NCBI GenBank assembly: GCA_026770705.1
Contig: JANJGN010000071.1
Coordinates: 310,001 to 374,000, forward strand
Source: Isurus oxyrinchus
Lineage: Eukaryota
DNA: 64,000 nt
Direction of reading: 5' to 3'
Below, in pieces: positions 1 through 11,689 of this stretch. The translations under genes and the position numbers were made by a program. Position 1 is the first letter of the stretch. Each line of letters begins with the position of its first letter. Below the pieces are notes generated by a model. That model saw nothing but the letters and a program-made list of their open reading frames with translations. It was not told where the DNA came from and searched no databases.

Positions 1-57
1 TGAAATCTAACACAGGCATCAGATGAAATTTTGTGCAATTTGTACAATGTTCTTTAG

Positions 58-540
58 ACAGCACAGCACTCCCTCAGTTCAAACCCTCCAACAGCGCAGC
101 ACTCCCTCAGATCAGACCCTCCGACAGTGCAGCACTTCCTCAGTTCAAACCCTCCGACAGTGCAGCTCTCCCTCAGTTCATACCCTCCGACAGTGCAGCA
201 CTCCCTCAGTTCAAACCCTCCGACAGTGCAGCACTCCCTCAGTTCAGAGCCTCCGAAAGTGCAGCATTCCCTCAGTTCAGACCCTCTGACAGTGCAACAC
301 TCCCTCAGCTCAGACCCTCCGACAGTGCCGCACTACCTCAGCTCAGACCCTCCGACAGTGCAGCACTCCCTCAGTTCAGACCCTCCGACAGTGCAGCACT
401 CCCTCAGCTCAGACCCTCCGACAGTGCAGCACTCCCTCAGCTCAGACCCTCCGACAGTGCAGCACTCCCTCAGTTCAGACCCTCCGACAGTGCAGCACTC
501 CCTCAGTACTGAACCTCCGACAGTGCCGCACTACCTCAGT
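58..540 (+). repeat. 33-bp minisatellite (ACAGTGCAGCACTCCCTCAGTWCWGACCCTCCG)
   Basis: Direct tandem units; 11-aa periodic ORFs. Also at 7238-7565, 9575-9850, 24995-25350, 30955-31330, 37505-38355, 48360-48635, 56480-56780. Confidence 0.95.
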
Positions 541-1784
541 TCTTCTCTGCCGATGCTGCCAGACCTGCTGAGTTTTTCCAGGTATTTCTGTTTCTGTTTC
601 TGTTTTGAATTTCCAGCATCTGCAGTTTTTTTGCTTTTAGTGCTGGGCAGTTCCTCAGCAAGGATTCAGGCCACAAAACATTGCGAGTGCTGTGGGTCTG
701 CGCCACGATTTAGAGAGCTGTGCTTGGCACGCCTATTCTAGTCCCAGTCCAGTGTGGTGGGGAGAGCCTGGCAGTCCTGGGTTGGTCGTGCCCAGCATGG
801 TTTGCAGGACGTGGTCAGTCCCTCACACACGTCGGTCCTGGGGGTGGGTGGCTTGATACTAGGCCGCAGGTGGCACAATCCCAGTCAGGGGAGGCATCTG
901 CAGCCGGTCAATGGGGAGCAGGTAATATAGAGAGTAGGGGTGGGGCTGGGAATCGAGGGGGGCCGGTGGTCTCTGTAAGTCACAGTACAATGGGCCTCTA
1001 GTTGGAGAGAGGTCAGGTCTACATGGGGCATTGGGATGTCAACATCAGACAGTCTAGGGAGGAGGACTGGGATGTCAACCCCCAACACAATAAGATCAAG
1101 GATTAGAGAGGAAGGGAGGAGACTGATTGGAAGGAGGGGAATGTGCACATTATGCTCCTCCAGCACGATGGGAGGGACTGTGATGGTTACGGGGGTGGGG
1201 GGGGTGACGTGTGAGGGGATAGACGCTTACCTGGTGGTATTGCCTCAGCCCCACCCTTTTTCAAGCTGATCCAATGTCGCAGTTGAAGAATAAGCTACAA
1301 AACAAATTGGCAGGGGAGGTCTCCCAGGGCCTGTGGGAGACATCACCCACTGCATCTTCGGCCTGTTTGAAGGGGCACCCGAACAATTCCGGCTTTTCCA
1401 AATGATGAGGAAGACACAGCTGCACCCCGAGTCCCCTACTGGGGATCCAGAAGGTTGCAATAGCGCTGCGAGGGACTCATGGGCTCCACAGTGACTCCCT
1501 AATTAGCGACTGGAAGGTTTATGTTCATTTATCTTTATTATCCGTTCATATTGAGCAATGGAGCTCCTGATTTGTCACCTTCCTGTACCTCGTCCAATGC
1601 TTCTGTTATCAGGACTTCCACATCGATGTGAAAGAGCCATGATGATAGCAGACAGTCGCACAATGGGAATGGCACTAGGCCAGTGAAGCAGAGGCCCAGG
1701 TGAATGCTTTGAAGACACGGGTTCAAATCCCACCACGGCAGCTGGAGGAATTTCAATTCGATTAATCAATAAATTTAATTGATT

Positions 1785-4330
1785 GATACATTTTTTTCTT
1801 ATTCATTTCAGGGATGTTGGTGTCGCTGACTAGGCCAGTATTTGTTGCCCATCCCCATTTGCCTTTGAGAACATCTGGATATCTGAGTTAGGATCAGGAG
1901 TAGGTCACTCAGCCCCTCGAACCTGCTCCGCCATTCAGTAAGATCATGGCTGATCTGATTGTCACCTCAACCTCACATTCCTGCCTACCCCCAATGACCT
2001 TTCACCCCCTTGTTAATCAAGAATCTATCTAGCTCTGTGGAAGGGGAGCCAATCAATCGGGCTGCTTTGTCCTGGATGGTGTCAAGCTTCTTGAGTGTTG
2101 TTGGAGCTGTGCTCATCCAGGCATGTGGAGAGTATTCCATCACACTCCTGACTTGTGCGTTGTAGATGGTGGACAGGATTTGGGGAGTCAGGAGGTGAGT
2201 TACTGTCTGCAGGGTTCCCAGCCTCTGACCTGCTCTTGCAGCCACAGTGTTTATATGGCTGGTCCAGTTCAGTTTCTGCTCAATGGTAACTCCCAGGATG
2301 TTGATATTGGGGGATTCATTGATGGTAATGCCATTGAATGCCAAGGGGCGATGGTTATGAATGGTCTGTGGGATACTCTGGTACAAAATTTCAACACTCG
2401 GACTCCAGATGCAATATTCAAGTGGTTCCTTTATTAGGCATGTGGGGAGCAAACGCTGGTCAGTACAGGTGCTTCTCCACCGAGGTTCAAATGAGCACAG
2501 TTTATATATTTTTTACTCTCAGTTACAAGGTAATGGTATTAGTTAGACAAAGGCCACAGCACAATGATCCTCCGGTGGGCTGATAATTGTGTTCTTGTAC
2601 AGTAATTACAGGGCAGAGACTGGCTATTGTCCTTTTGAGACAGCAAAGAATCTATGTTTGTTCGATACAAAAGGTTTCCGGAGGCTGACTGGATGTGGTT
2701 CAAGGCCATCGGAGGGTGTGAAATAACCTTCCCCATTTCTTGATTGAGTCACCCTGTGTCCTTGTGTATGTGTCTCCCATTTCCTCATTGCAAATTTACA
2801 GCTGAGCCCTTTGTACAGGTTTTTAGCTTTCACGTAAGGATGTGTACGCTTTGGCACCCTAGCTGCTGGTCCTGGCTGGCTCTTTAAAATAAATCCAAAT
2901 TTTCTGCGCCTTCAGTTAGATTCTCTCTTGTTGGAGCTGGTCATTGCCTGGCACTTGTGTGGCATGAATGTTACTTGTCACCTGTCAGCCCAAGCCTGGA
3001 TGTTGTCCAGGTCTTGCTGCATTTGGACATAACTTGCTTCAGTATCTGAGGAGCCGTGAATGGTGCTGAACATTGTGCAAACATCAGCAAACATCCCCAC
3101 TTCTGACCTTATGATGGAAGGAAGGACATTGATGAAGCAGCTGAAGATAGTTGAGCCTCGGACACTACCCTGAGTAACTCCTGCAGTGATGTCCTGGAAC
3201 TGAGATGATTGACCCCCAACAATCACAACCATCGTCCTTTGTGCTGGGTATGACTCCAAGCAGCGGAGAGTTTTCCCCCGATTCCCATTGACTCCAGTTT
3301 TGCTCGGGCTCCTTGTTTTGCCACACTCAGTCAAATGCTGCCTTGATGTCAAGGACAGTCACTCTGACCTCACCTCTGGAGTTCAGCTCATTTGTGCATG
3401 TTTGAACCAAGGCTGTAATGAGGCCAGGAGCTGAATGATCCTGGTGGAACACAAACTGAGCGTCAGTGAGCAGGTTCTTGCTAAGCAGGTGCTGCTTGCA
3501 AGCGCTGTTGATGACCCCTTCCATCACTTTAGTAATGATCAAGAATAGACTGCTGGGAAATTGGCTGGGTTGGATTTGTCCTGCTTTTTGTGTACAGGAC
3601 GTACCCCATAGCCGGGTAGTTGCCAGTGTTGCAGCGGTACTAGAAAATTCCAGAAAAGCTTGGCTAGGGGCGCAGCAAGTTCTGGAGCACAAGTCTTCAG
3701 TACTATTGCCGGAATAATGTCAGGGTCTGGAGCATTTGCAATATCCAGTGCCTTCAGCCCTTCCTTGATATCACGTGGAATTAATCGAATTGGCTAAAGA
3801 TTGGCATCTGTGATGCTGGGGACCTCCGGAGGAGGCCGAGATGGATCAGCCACTCAGCACTTCTGGCTGAAGATTGTTGCGCATGCTTCAGTCTTGTCTT
3901 TTGCACCGATGTGCTGGGCTCCTCCATCATTGAGGATGGGGATATTTGTGGAGCCTCCTCCTCCAGTGAGTTGTTTAATTGTCCATGACTGGATGTGACA
4001 TCTGGAATGCGAAGCTAGTCTCAGTAATGGTGACCATGAAACTAAGGCCAATTGTTGCAAAAACCCATCTGGGTCACTAATGCCCTTTGGGGAAGGAAAC
4101 CTGCCGTCCTTACCCATTCTGGCCTACGTGTGACTCCTGACCCACAGCAATGTGGTTGACTCTTAACTGGCCCCTGAAATGGCCGAGCAAGCCACTGAGT
4201 TATATCAAAACCCGCCACAGACCAGTCAAACCAGGCGAACTGCAGCACTTCGAAAAGGCAGCTCAGCACCCCCTTCTCAAGGGGTCAGTCAGGAACAGGT
4301 AACAAACGCTGTCCACATCCCGTGAAAGAA
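1785..4330 (-). mobile_element. Degenerate CR1-group LINE RT and 3' region, interrupted by a solo LTR
   Basis: RT motifs LDIKAAFD, GVTQGS..., MFADVC, MQQDLDNIQAWAD, AQVRSVMEYSP in minus-strand ORFs. Confidence 0.85.
2358..2914 (-). mobile_element. Solo LTR (TGAA...TTCA) with 4-bp target-site duplication GTTA
   Basis: GTTA at 2354-2357 and 2915-2918; LINE sequence resumes across it; TATA-like ~2505 and AATAAA ~2432 on minus strand. Confidence 0.8.
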
Positions 4331-5634
4331 TTTTGGTAAAAAGGTAGCCGTGTATCACCACCCACGGCCAGCGCCAACCCCCCCAACCCTACCTGATTGC
4401 ACCAGTTTCAGATGACACCAGGTCAATGAACGGATAGAAACTCAAACCAATGAGATGAGCACAGAGAAGGATCAAGCCAGAGAGAGTTGGTGGGAAGAAT
4501 TGGGAAAGCAACAAAAAAGGCAGAGCGGACACTAACACTATAACAAAGTAAAGACCAGAGGAGGAAGGAAGCAAGTGTGAAGAGGAATTGAGAGTAGAGC
4601 TGGTAGGCTGCTTGTCGAAGCCAAGGACCCTCCATAGGTCACACCCACAGTGCTTTTGGGGAGGGAGATACATGATTTTGACCCAGGATCATCAAGTTTT
4701 GCACGGGCAGAGCCTTTAAAGAAAAGGGACCTTCACTACCCGTGTCCCCTGCCCAACAAAGCTGTTGACATGCCGAGTCCACCTGTACAGGCAACCTCCA
4801 GACAGTTGACTACAAAGGCCATTGCAGCTGCTGAATATGACTTCCAGTTTCAAAACCTTCATGAATACAAGGATGGGGGATTCAGCAGGAATATTCCTGC
4901 ACATCCTGTGGCAGATCCTGTAAATAAAAGGGACCTTCACTCACTCCTCAAAGCTGCTGACCTGCTGATTCACATCTACAGGCAACCTCCAAACAGTCGA
5001 CTAGAGAAGACAATGCAGCTGCTGAATGTGACTCCTAGTTTCAAACCCTTCACTCTGGAAAGAAGGAATCCAGAGCAATGGGCCTCACTATAATACTTGA
5101 CAGAAACTGATTTTAACTCTCATCTCTAAGTATTATTTTTCCTTTGCTTACATTTTAATCCTTGCACCTGATGGCTTTATCGCTTCAACTTAAATAACTT
5201 TCAGCAGGAGCCAGGTTCAAATTGAATGGACAAGCAGGCTTGGGGGGCCAAAAGGCCTACTCCTGCTTCTGTTTATTTATGTTTGTGTTGTTATGTAGTG
5301 GAACTAGAGAGGTTATAGCAGTTATGAGAGCATTAAGCAAACAGCAGCAAGAATTGAACACCTACGTTGTGGTTTATGAAAAGCTTTTCTACCTGGTCAA
5401 CTGGTAAAATCTGTTGAAAGTGGGCTATCATGGCGTGTGCCCTTTGTGAGATATTTGTAACAACGTTCTCGATGTCGGAACAGTTTGCATTGAACAAAGC
5501 TGATCTTTACCCAGAACTTCAGAGGAAGGGGGGACAATTGTTCCCTGGTGTGGGGGGCATGGTGGGGGGGGAGGGTGAGGGGGAGACAAGTAGCCTGAAA
5601 TACCAAGCCAGACACTTTGTGAAGACAGAAGTTG

Positions 5635-5640
5635 TTTATT
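5635..5640 (-). terminator. Candidate hepcidin polyadenylation signal AATAAA
   Basis: First minus-strand AATAAA I found downstream of the stop, ~1 kb away. Confidence 0.35.
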
Positions 5641-5859
5641 CATTTTTTTTTACAAATCATAATCTTTACAATTAAAGTCCCGACAAGATAATGGTGAATC
5701 ATGAACACATTGTCGGGGTGAATCTGTGCCCGGGAGCATAAAGCAGCAAAATCAGGAGCCCGCTTTACATCTCTCTGAATTTTAACTATCATTAACCCCA
5801 GTAACATCCATTCAAATGACTTAGTCATAAGATTCCTCACACATTCACTTGCACACTCA

Positions 5860-6310
5860 CACACCCACACCCACACAGACACACTGACACACTCACTCAT
5901 TCACATTGACACACACTGACACAGTCACACACACCCACACAGACACACTGACACACTCACTCATTCACATTGACACACACTGACACAGTCACACACACCC
6001 ACACAGACACACTGACACACTCACTCATTCACATTGACACACACTGACACAGTCACACACACCCACACAGACACACTGACACACTCACTCATTCACATTG
6101 ACACACACTGACACAGTCACACACACCCACACAGACACACTGACACACTCACTCATTCACATTGACACACACTGACACAGTCACACACACCCACACAGAC
6201 ACACTGACACACTCACTCATTCACATTGACACACACTGACAGTCACACACACCCACACAGACACACTGACACACTCACTCATTCACATTGACACACACAT
6301 ATTGACAGTC
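5860..6310. repeat. 64-bp CA-rich tandem repeat, ~7 near-perfect copies
   Basis: tcacattgac recurs every 64 nt. Confidence 0.9.
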
Positions 6311-6659
6311 ACACACACACACACACACGCTCATAAAGACAGACACAAACACAGTCACGTGAGGTGAATAGTGTCGATGTATTTAAGGGGAAGCTGGATA
6401 AACACACGAGGGAGAAATGAATAGAAGGATATGGTGATGGGGTGAGATGGAGAAGGGGTGGGCGGAGACTCGTGTGGAGCAGAAACTCCAGCATGGAGCA
6501 GATGGGCCGAATGGCTTCTTTCCCTGCTGTAAAACGCAGGTAAAGTTTCAGTTGGAATTAATGAACAGGGCCTGTGTGAAATAGATTGCTAAGCAGTAGA
6601 TAAGGAGGGGAGAGGCTGTGGCATGGTGCAGGATGACCTTGCGTGAATGAGGCCAGGGT

Positions 6660-6770
6660 CTAATATCTACAGCAGAGACCACAAGTCTCATTTGATTCTC
6701 TCGAATTACAGCAGTTACAGCAGAATCTGCAGAATCTGCCCATTCTCTTCTGGCGCTGCAGCAAGGAGCC
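6660..6770 (-). CDS. HAMP: Hepcidin exon 3 (GSLLQRQKR|MGRFCRFCCNCCNSRESNETCGLCCRY*)
   Basis: ttttccag acceptor, 111 nt to TAG; RQKR furin site followed by the hepcidin C-x2-CC-x-CC-xn-C-x2-CC 8-cysteine pattern. Confidence 0.93.
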   Translation of the reverse strand, partial: GSLLQRQKRMGRFCRFCCNCCNSRESNETCGLCCRY

Positions 6771-6857
6771 CTGGAAAAGCAGGAGCACAATAGGTGAGAA
6801 CATTCCGGAAAGAAAGAAGGCATCATTTCAATCAAGCGCGTCATTGGAAGGAGGATG

Positions 6858-7240
6858 GCGCATTTCTATAGCGCCTTTCCCCTCCTCAGGATGGCCCAAA
6901 GTGTTCCACAGCTGAAGGAAGGACTTTTTCTGAAGTGGGCTCACCGCTGTAATGTAGGAAACGCAGCAGGCAATTCACGCACAGCAAGATCCCACAAACA
7001 GAAATGTGATAATGGCCCCGATTTTCAGTTTTTTACCAATGTCAGTTGAGGGATAAATGTTTGCCCCAGGAAAGTGGACATAACTCCACCCCATCCACCC
7101 CCCACTACCCCCTCCACACATACCCCCAACTCCTGACGCACTTCATTTAAATTGTGGCCATGGAATCCTCTATATCCACCTGAGAGGGCAGATTGGTTGC
7201 CCCAGTTTAATGTCTCATCTGAAAGACAGCGCCTTCAACA
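6858..7240 (-). mobile_element. DeuSINE (SacSINE1/AmnSINE1-like) copy running into a 33-bp array
   Basis: Recognisable core (cacagcaagatcccacaaac...gagagggcaga...gtttaatgtctcatc); other copies 9260-9570, 23695-23960, 48645-48945; family name from recall. Confidence 0.65.
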
Positions 7241-9103
7241 GTGCAGCACCCCCTCAGTACTGACCCTCCGACTGTGCAGCACTCCCTCAGTACTGACTCT
7301 GACAATGCAGCACATCCTCAGTACTGACCCTCCAACAGTGCAGCACTCCCTCAAGACTGACCCTCTGACAATGCAACACTCCCTCAGTACTGACCCTCCG
7401 ACTGTGCATCCCCCCGCCGGTACTGACCCTTCGACAGTGCAACACTCCCTCAAGACTGACCCTCTGACAATGCAGCACTCCCTCAGTACTAACCCTCTGA
7501 CAATGCAGCACTCCCTCAGTACTGACCCTCTGACAATGCAGCACACCCTCAATACTGACCCTCCGATAGCTCGGTCATTCCTCAATTACGCCTGGTGGTC
7601 CTTTTAACTCAGAGCTGAGAGTCGCAGAGAATCGAGCAGACACCCTGAACTGACACTTGCAGTGCAAGTACTGGGAGCGCGCTGGTCATTATCATGCTGC
7701 TGTCTGTGGGATCTTACTGTGCGCCAATGGATGATTCTTTTCCCACATTACATCAGTGACCTCACATGAAAGAAAAAAGCACTTGATTGTCTGCGAAACA
7801 CTTTGGGACGTCCTGATGTGTTGGAAGGCGCTAGAGAAATGCAAGTCCTCTTTGTCTTTCACTCGATCCTCTAAGGTGTCTGTTGATTAACCAGCCTCTC
7901 GGTGTTTGATGTAGGCCTGGTTATAAACAGTTAGAAGGATCAAATATCAAAAGTGCTTTGGCTGACAGTCAAACCGATTGTGCATTCGGAGAGATTAGAT
8001 ATGGTCTGCACACAATGACTCCAGCCTCTGGCACTGACTGCCGCCTGGGGTCTCCCTTCCACATAACACTCACAACTTGCATTTACACAGCGCCTCTGGC
8101 ATTGCAAAATGTCCCAGCCCACATTACTGGAGCGTAAATCAGAGAGAAGTCCAACACTGAGTCACATATGGAGATATTAGGGTTAGGTGATCAAAAGCTT
8201 GGTCAAAGATGTCAGTTTTTAAGGAGCGTCTTAAAGGAGAGAGAGAGAGAGAGGCAGAGAGGTTAAGGGAGGGTATTCCGGAGCTCAGGGCCCCAGGCAG
8301 CTGAAGGCACGGCCACCAATGGTGGAGCGTTGGGAATCAGGGGGACCCGGGAGATGCAGTAATGTCAGAGATTTTGGAGGAACATCGGGACCGGAGGAGG
8401 TGTTCTCCTGCTCCATATCTCTCTCTCTCTTCCTCTCTTCCACTCCTCCTCTCCCTGTCTCTCTCTCTCCTACTCTTCCGCTCAATTGCCCTCTCTCCCA
8501 ATCTTTCTCTCCTCTCTCCCTTTTCCTGTCTCTCTCCCTCTCTCTCCCCTGTCTCCTTCTCCCACTCTGTATCTCTCCCTCTCTCTCACACTATTTTTGT
8601 ACCTTTCGCTCAGTCTGTAACTCTCCCTTTCCTGTTAATTTCTCTCTCTTGGACAATCTCTCTTCCCTTTTCACTTTCCCTCACTCTGCATCTCTTCTTT
8701 AATTTCTCCCTCTGTCACTCTCTCCCACCTATGTTCTTTCCCTTTCACCCCTCCCCGTCCCACTCTGTGTCTCTCTCTTCCAATCCCTCCCTCCCCCATT
8801 CCATCCCTCTCTCCGACTCTCGACTCCCAGCCTCTCTTTAACCCACTCCCAGGCTGGATCAGTCTCCCTCTCACTATTCCCGGCGTGGGTTACATTTATA
8901 ATTCCTGTGGGGATATGTTCACTTCCTTGGAATTGTCTCTTCCCAGCTTTGCAAAAAAAGGGGGCGGGGGGGTTCGATTTCAAACATGCCTCCTGAGTAT
9001 AACCGAGACAGACTGCCACTGAAATCAGCTTGAAATCAGAAAACTTTCTGTGGAAGAAACGAGCAGGGAGAAACCTTAAAATAAGGAATGAATTTCCACC
9101 TAC

Positions 9104-9160
9104 CGTGTCCGGGGAATCCACAGATTTCTCAATCGTCGAAGAACCTAAAGCAGTGTCAAC
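9104..9160 (-). CDS. HAMP: Hepcidin exon 2 (propiece VDTALGSSTIEKSVDSPDT)
   Basis: Polypyrimidine tract + tgcag acceptor, ACG|gtaggt donor, 57 nt, phase 0-0; similar in size and phase to vertebrate HAMP exon 2. Confidence 0.8.
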
Positions 9161-9914
9161 CTGCAAAAAGAAAGAATTTATCAGGGAGAAAGTGAGAGGA
9201 GGATTGAGGGAGAGGGAGAGAGAGAGAGAGAGGTACAGGAGAGAGAGGGGGAGGAGGACAGACTTGCATTTCTCTAACGCCTTTCACCACATCCCAAAGC
9301 ATTTCACAGCCACTGAAGGATGTTTTTGAAGTGCACTCACACTGTAGGAAATGTGGCAGCTGATTTGTGCACAGCAAGATCCCACAAATAGCAATGTGAT
9401 CATGGCCTAGATCATCTGTTTTTGGTGATGTTGGGTGAGGGATAAATATTGGTCCCAGGACACCGGGGAGAACACCCCCTGCTCTTCCTCCAAATAGTGG
9501 CTGTGGGATCTTTCACACCCGCCCGAGAGGGCAGACGGGGGACTCGGTTTAATGTCTCATTCAACATTGTTGTGCTCCCTCAGTACTAACCCTTTGACAC
9601 TGCAGCACTCCCTCAGTACTAACCCTTCGATAGTGCTGCACTCCCACAGTATTGTCCCTCCGTCAGTGCAGCGCTACCTCAGTACTGACCCTCCGACAGT
9701 GCAACACTTCCACAGTACTGACCCTGTAACAATGCAGCACTTCCTCAGTACTGACCTCCGACAGTATAGCACTCACTCAGTACTGTCCCTCCAATAGTGC
9801 AACACTTCCATACTACTGACCCTCTGACAGTCCAGCACTCCCTCAGCACGGAGTGTTGACCGACGTTATGGGACTGAATTCCCTGGAGTGAGACTCAGAC
9901 CAGAGATTTAGGTA

Positions 9915-10790
9915 GGGTTGTTCCGGCTGGAGGAGGTTACAGAGATAGGGAGGGTTGTAGAGGCTGTAGGAGGTAACAGAGATAGGGAGGGTTCTAGAGG
10001 CTGTAGGAGGTGACAGAGATAGGGAAGGTTGTAGGGGCTGTAGGAGGTTACAGAGATAGGGAGGTGAGTAGGGGCTGTAGGAGGTTAAAGAGATGGGGGG
10101 GTTGTGGGGGCTGGAGGAGGTTACAGAGGTAGGGAGGGTTGTAGAGGCTGGAGGAGGTTACCAAAATAGATACTGTTGTAGGGGCCACAGTAGGTTACAG
10201 AGATAGGGAGAGTTATAGTGTGGAGAGGACGTTATAGAGTTCATGAGCATTGTAGGGGCTGGAGGAGGTTACAGTGATTCTGAGGGTCGTGGGGCCTGGA
10301 GGAGGTTACAGAGATAGGGAGGGTTGTAGGGCCTGGAGGAGGTTACAGAGATAGGGAGGGTTGTAGGGTCTGGAGCAGGTTACAGAGATAGGGAGGGTTG
10401 TAGGGTCTAGAGGAGGTTACAGTGATCATGAGGGTTGTGGGGCCTGGGGGAGGTTACAGAGATAGGTAGGGTTGTAGGGGCTGGAGGAGGTTACAGAGAT
10501 AGGGAGGTTTATAGGGGCTGGAGGAGGTTACAGAGATAGGGAGGGTTGTAGGGGCTGGAGGAGGTTACAGAGATAGGGACAGTTGTAGGGGCTGGAGGAA
10601 GTTACAGAGATAGGGATTGTTGTAGGGGCTGGAGGAGGTTACAGATATAGGGAGGGTTGTAGCGGCTGGAGGAGGTTACAGAGATAGGGAGGGGTGTAGG
10701 GGCTGGAGGAGGTTACAGAGATAGGGAGGGTTGTAAGGCCTGGTGGAGGTTACAGAGATAGGGAGTGGCTGAGGAGGGATTGAAAACAAG
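9915..10790 (-). repeat. 37-bp minisatellite (CCCTCCCTATCTCTGTAACCTCCTCCAGCCCCTACAA) in hepcidin intron 1
   Basis: Tandem units; also 13375-13622, 44285-44530, 46280-48295. Confidence 0.95.
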
Positions 10791-10966
10791 AATGAGAATT
10801 TCAGGGGAAACGACAGAAGGAAATGATGTTAAATTCATAGAGGGCGACAATATTAAAGGCACGAACATAATAATATCAAACTGCGGAAGAGACCAGTCTA
10901 TCTGGGTGGTAGACGTAGAGTCATGTGCAAGAAACACCTCACCCAGAGGGACATCTCTTAGCTTAC

Positions 10967-11059
10967 CCTCGACAAGGAGAAGAAGTGACTCAGCTGCAGG
11001 GAGAGCAGCAAAGTCAGAGTGAACAAGACAAGTCGCCATTTCATCTGGGAGCTTCCCAT
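10967..11059 (-). CDS. HAMP: Hepcidin exon 1 (signal peptide MGSSQMKWRLVLFTLTLLLSLQLSHFFSLSR)
   Basis: ATG at 11059 in good Kozak context (gagATGG), second in-frame ATG at 11044; hydrophobic leader; 93 nt ending at phase-0 donor AGG|gtaagc; TATAAGA ~70 nt upstream. Confidence 0.85.
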
Positions 11060-11129
11060 CTCTGCCTGTCTCTTCTGATCTTCTGGCTCTGCTTTGATGC
11101 TTTGGTTTGTAACTAGAGGAGCTTCCTGC

Positions 11130-11320
11130 TCTTATACCTGAAACACTTGAAGGGGACAGCCGGGGGCGGGTTGCTGTGTGGTATCACACCCATTTCTGGA
11201 TATTGCAGTGTCGATGTTCCCTGTCCCACTGGCCTGGGACCAGCAGTAAGGTCACTGGGACATTGACTGTCTGGCACCGAGAACTATCAGTCCCTCCGCA
11301 ACGCCCTTCACCTTGTGCAA
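11130..11320 (-). promoter_or_regulatory. Hepcidin proximal promoter, complete copy: TATAAGA, GC box, variant BMP element GGTGCC+CAGAC, C/EBP-like TTGTGCAA
   Basis: TATA 11130-11136, GGGGCGGG 11163-11170, GGCACC (minus GGTGCC) 11273-11278 abutting a SMAD element, TTGTGCAA 11313-11320; motif matches only. Confidence 0.55.
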
Positions 11321-11689
11321 ATATGTGTTCATACTGATGCAACACAACATAGCAAAAACAGAGGGGCTGGTTCTTATGTCGGCAAATCAGGTGAACCGCA
11401 TGCCCCCTAACCCCTTACTCCTCTCATTGCTACACTTACTATTTTACAAATTGTGTGCGTTGCTTTTATTTTGGACAAGGGGCCTCGAGGGGGAACTGAT
11501 TTACGCTGAGGTTTAGGGGTTAACTGTTTACCATGTGGAGACTGTCTGTCACCAGCTTTGTTCATGGTTTATCCAGGAACATTGAAGGGCATGAACGTTC
11601 TTGCTTTGTATGGAACAAGTTACCAACTGGGTTCAGTCATCGACTCAGACTCACATCAACATAAACTGGCTTCTGACAGGTAAGTTTCT

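Noticed and set aside
23-741. Repetitive ORFs, or a CRISPR-like array, from the 33-bp repeats (also 7152-7607, 37476-38508)
   Set aside because: Head-to-tail tandem units with no unique spacers; open frames arise because the unit is a multiple of 3 with no stop; eukaryotic context
4650-5093. 147-aa ORF
   Set aside because: No recognisable domain; contains an internal ~190-200 bp tandem duplication, likely a repeat remnant
6548-6844. 98-aa minus-strand ORF in the track
   Set aside because: Wrong frame over hepcidin exon 3; the spliced frame gives the 8-Cys peptide
10713-11039. ORF MATCLVHSDF... (and mirror 46022-46348)
   Set aside because: Out-of-frame read over hepcidin exon 1 running into the intron
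11185-11205. STAT3 site in the hepcidin promoter (TATCCAGAAATG)
   Set aside because: Does not fit TTCNNNGAA; resemblance to the human site is too weak to call
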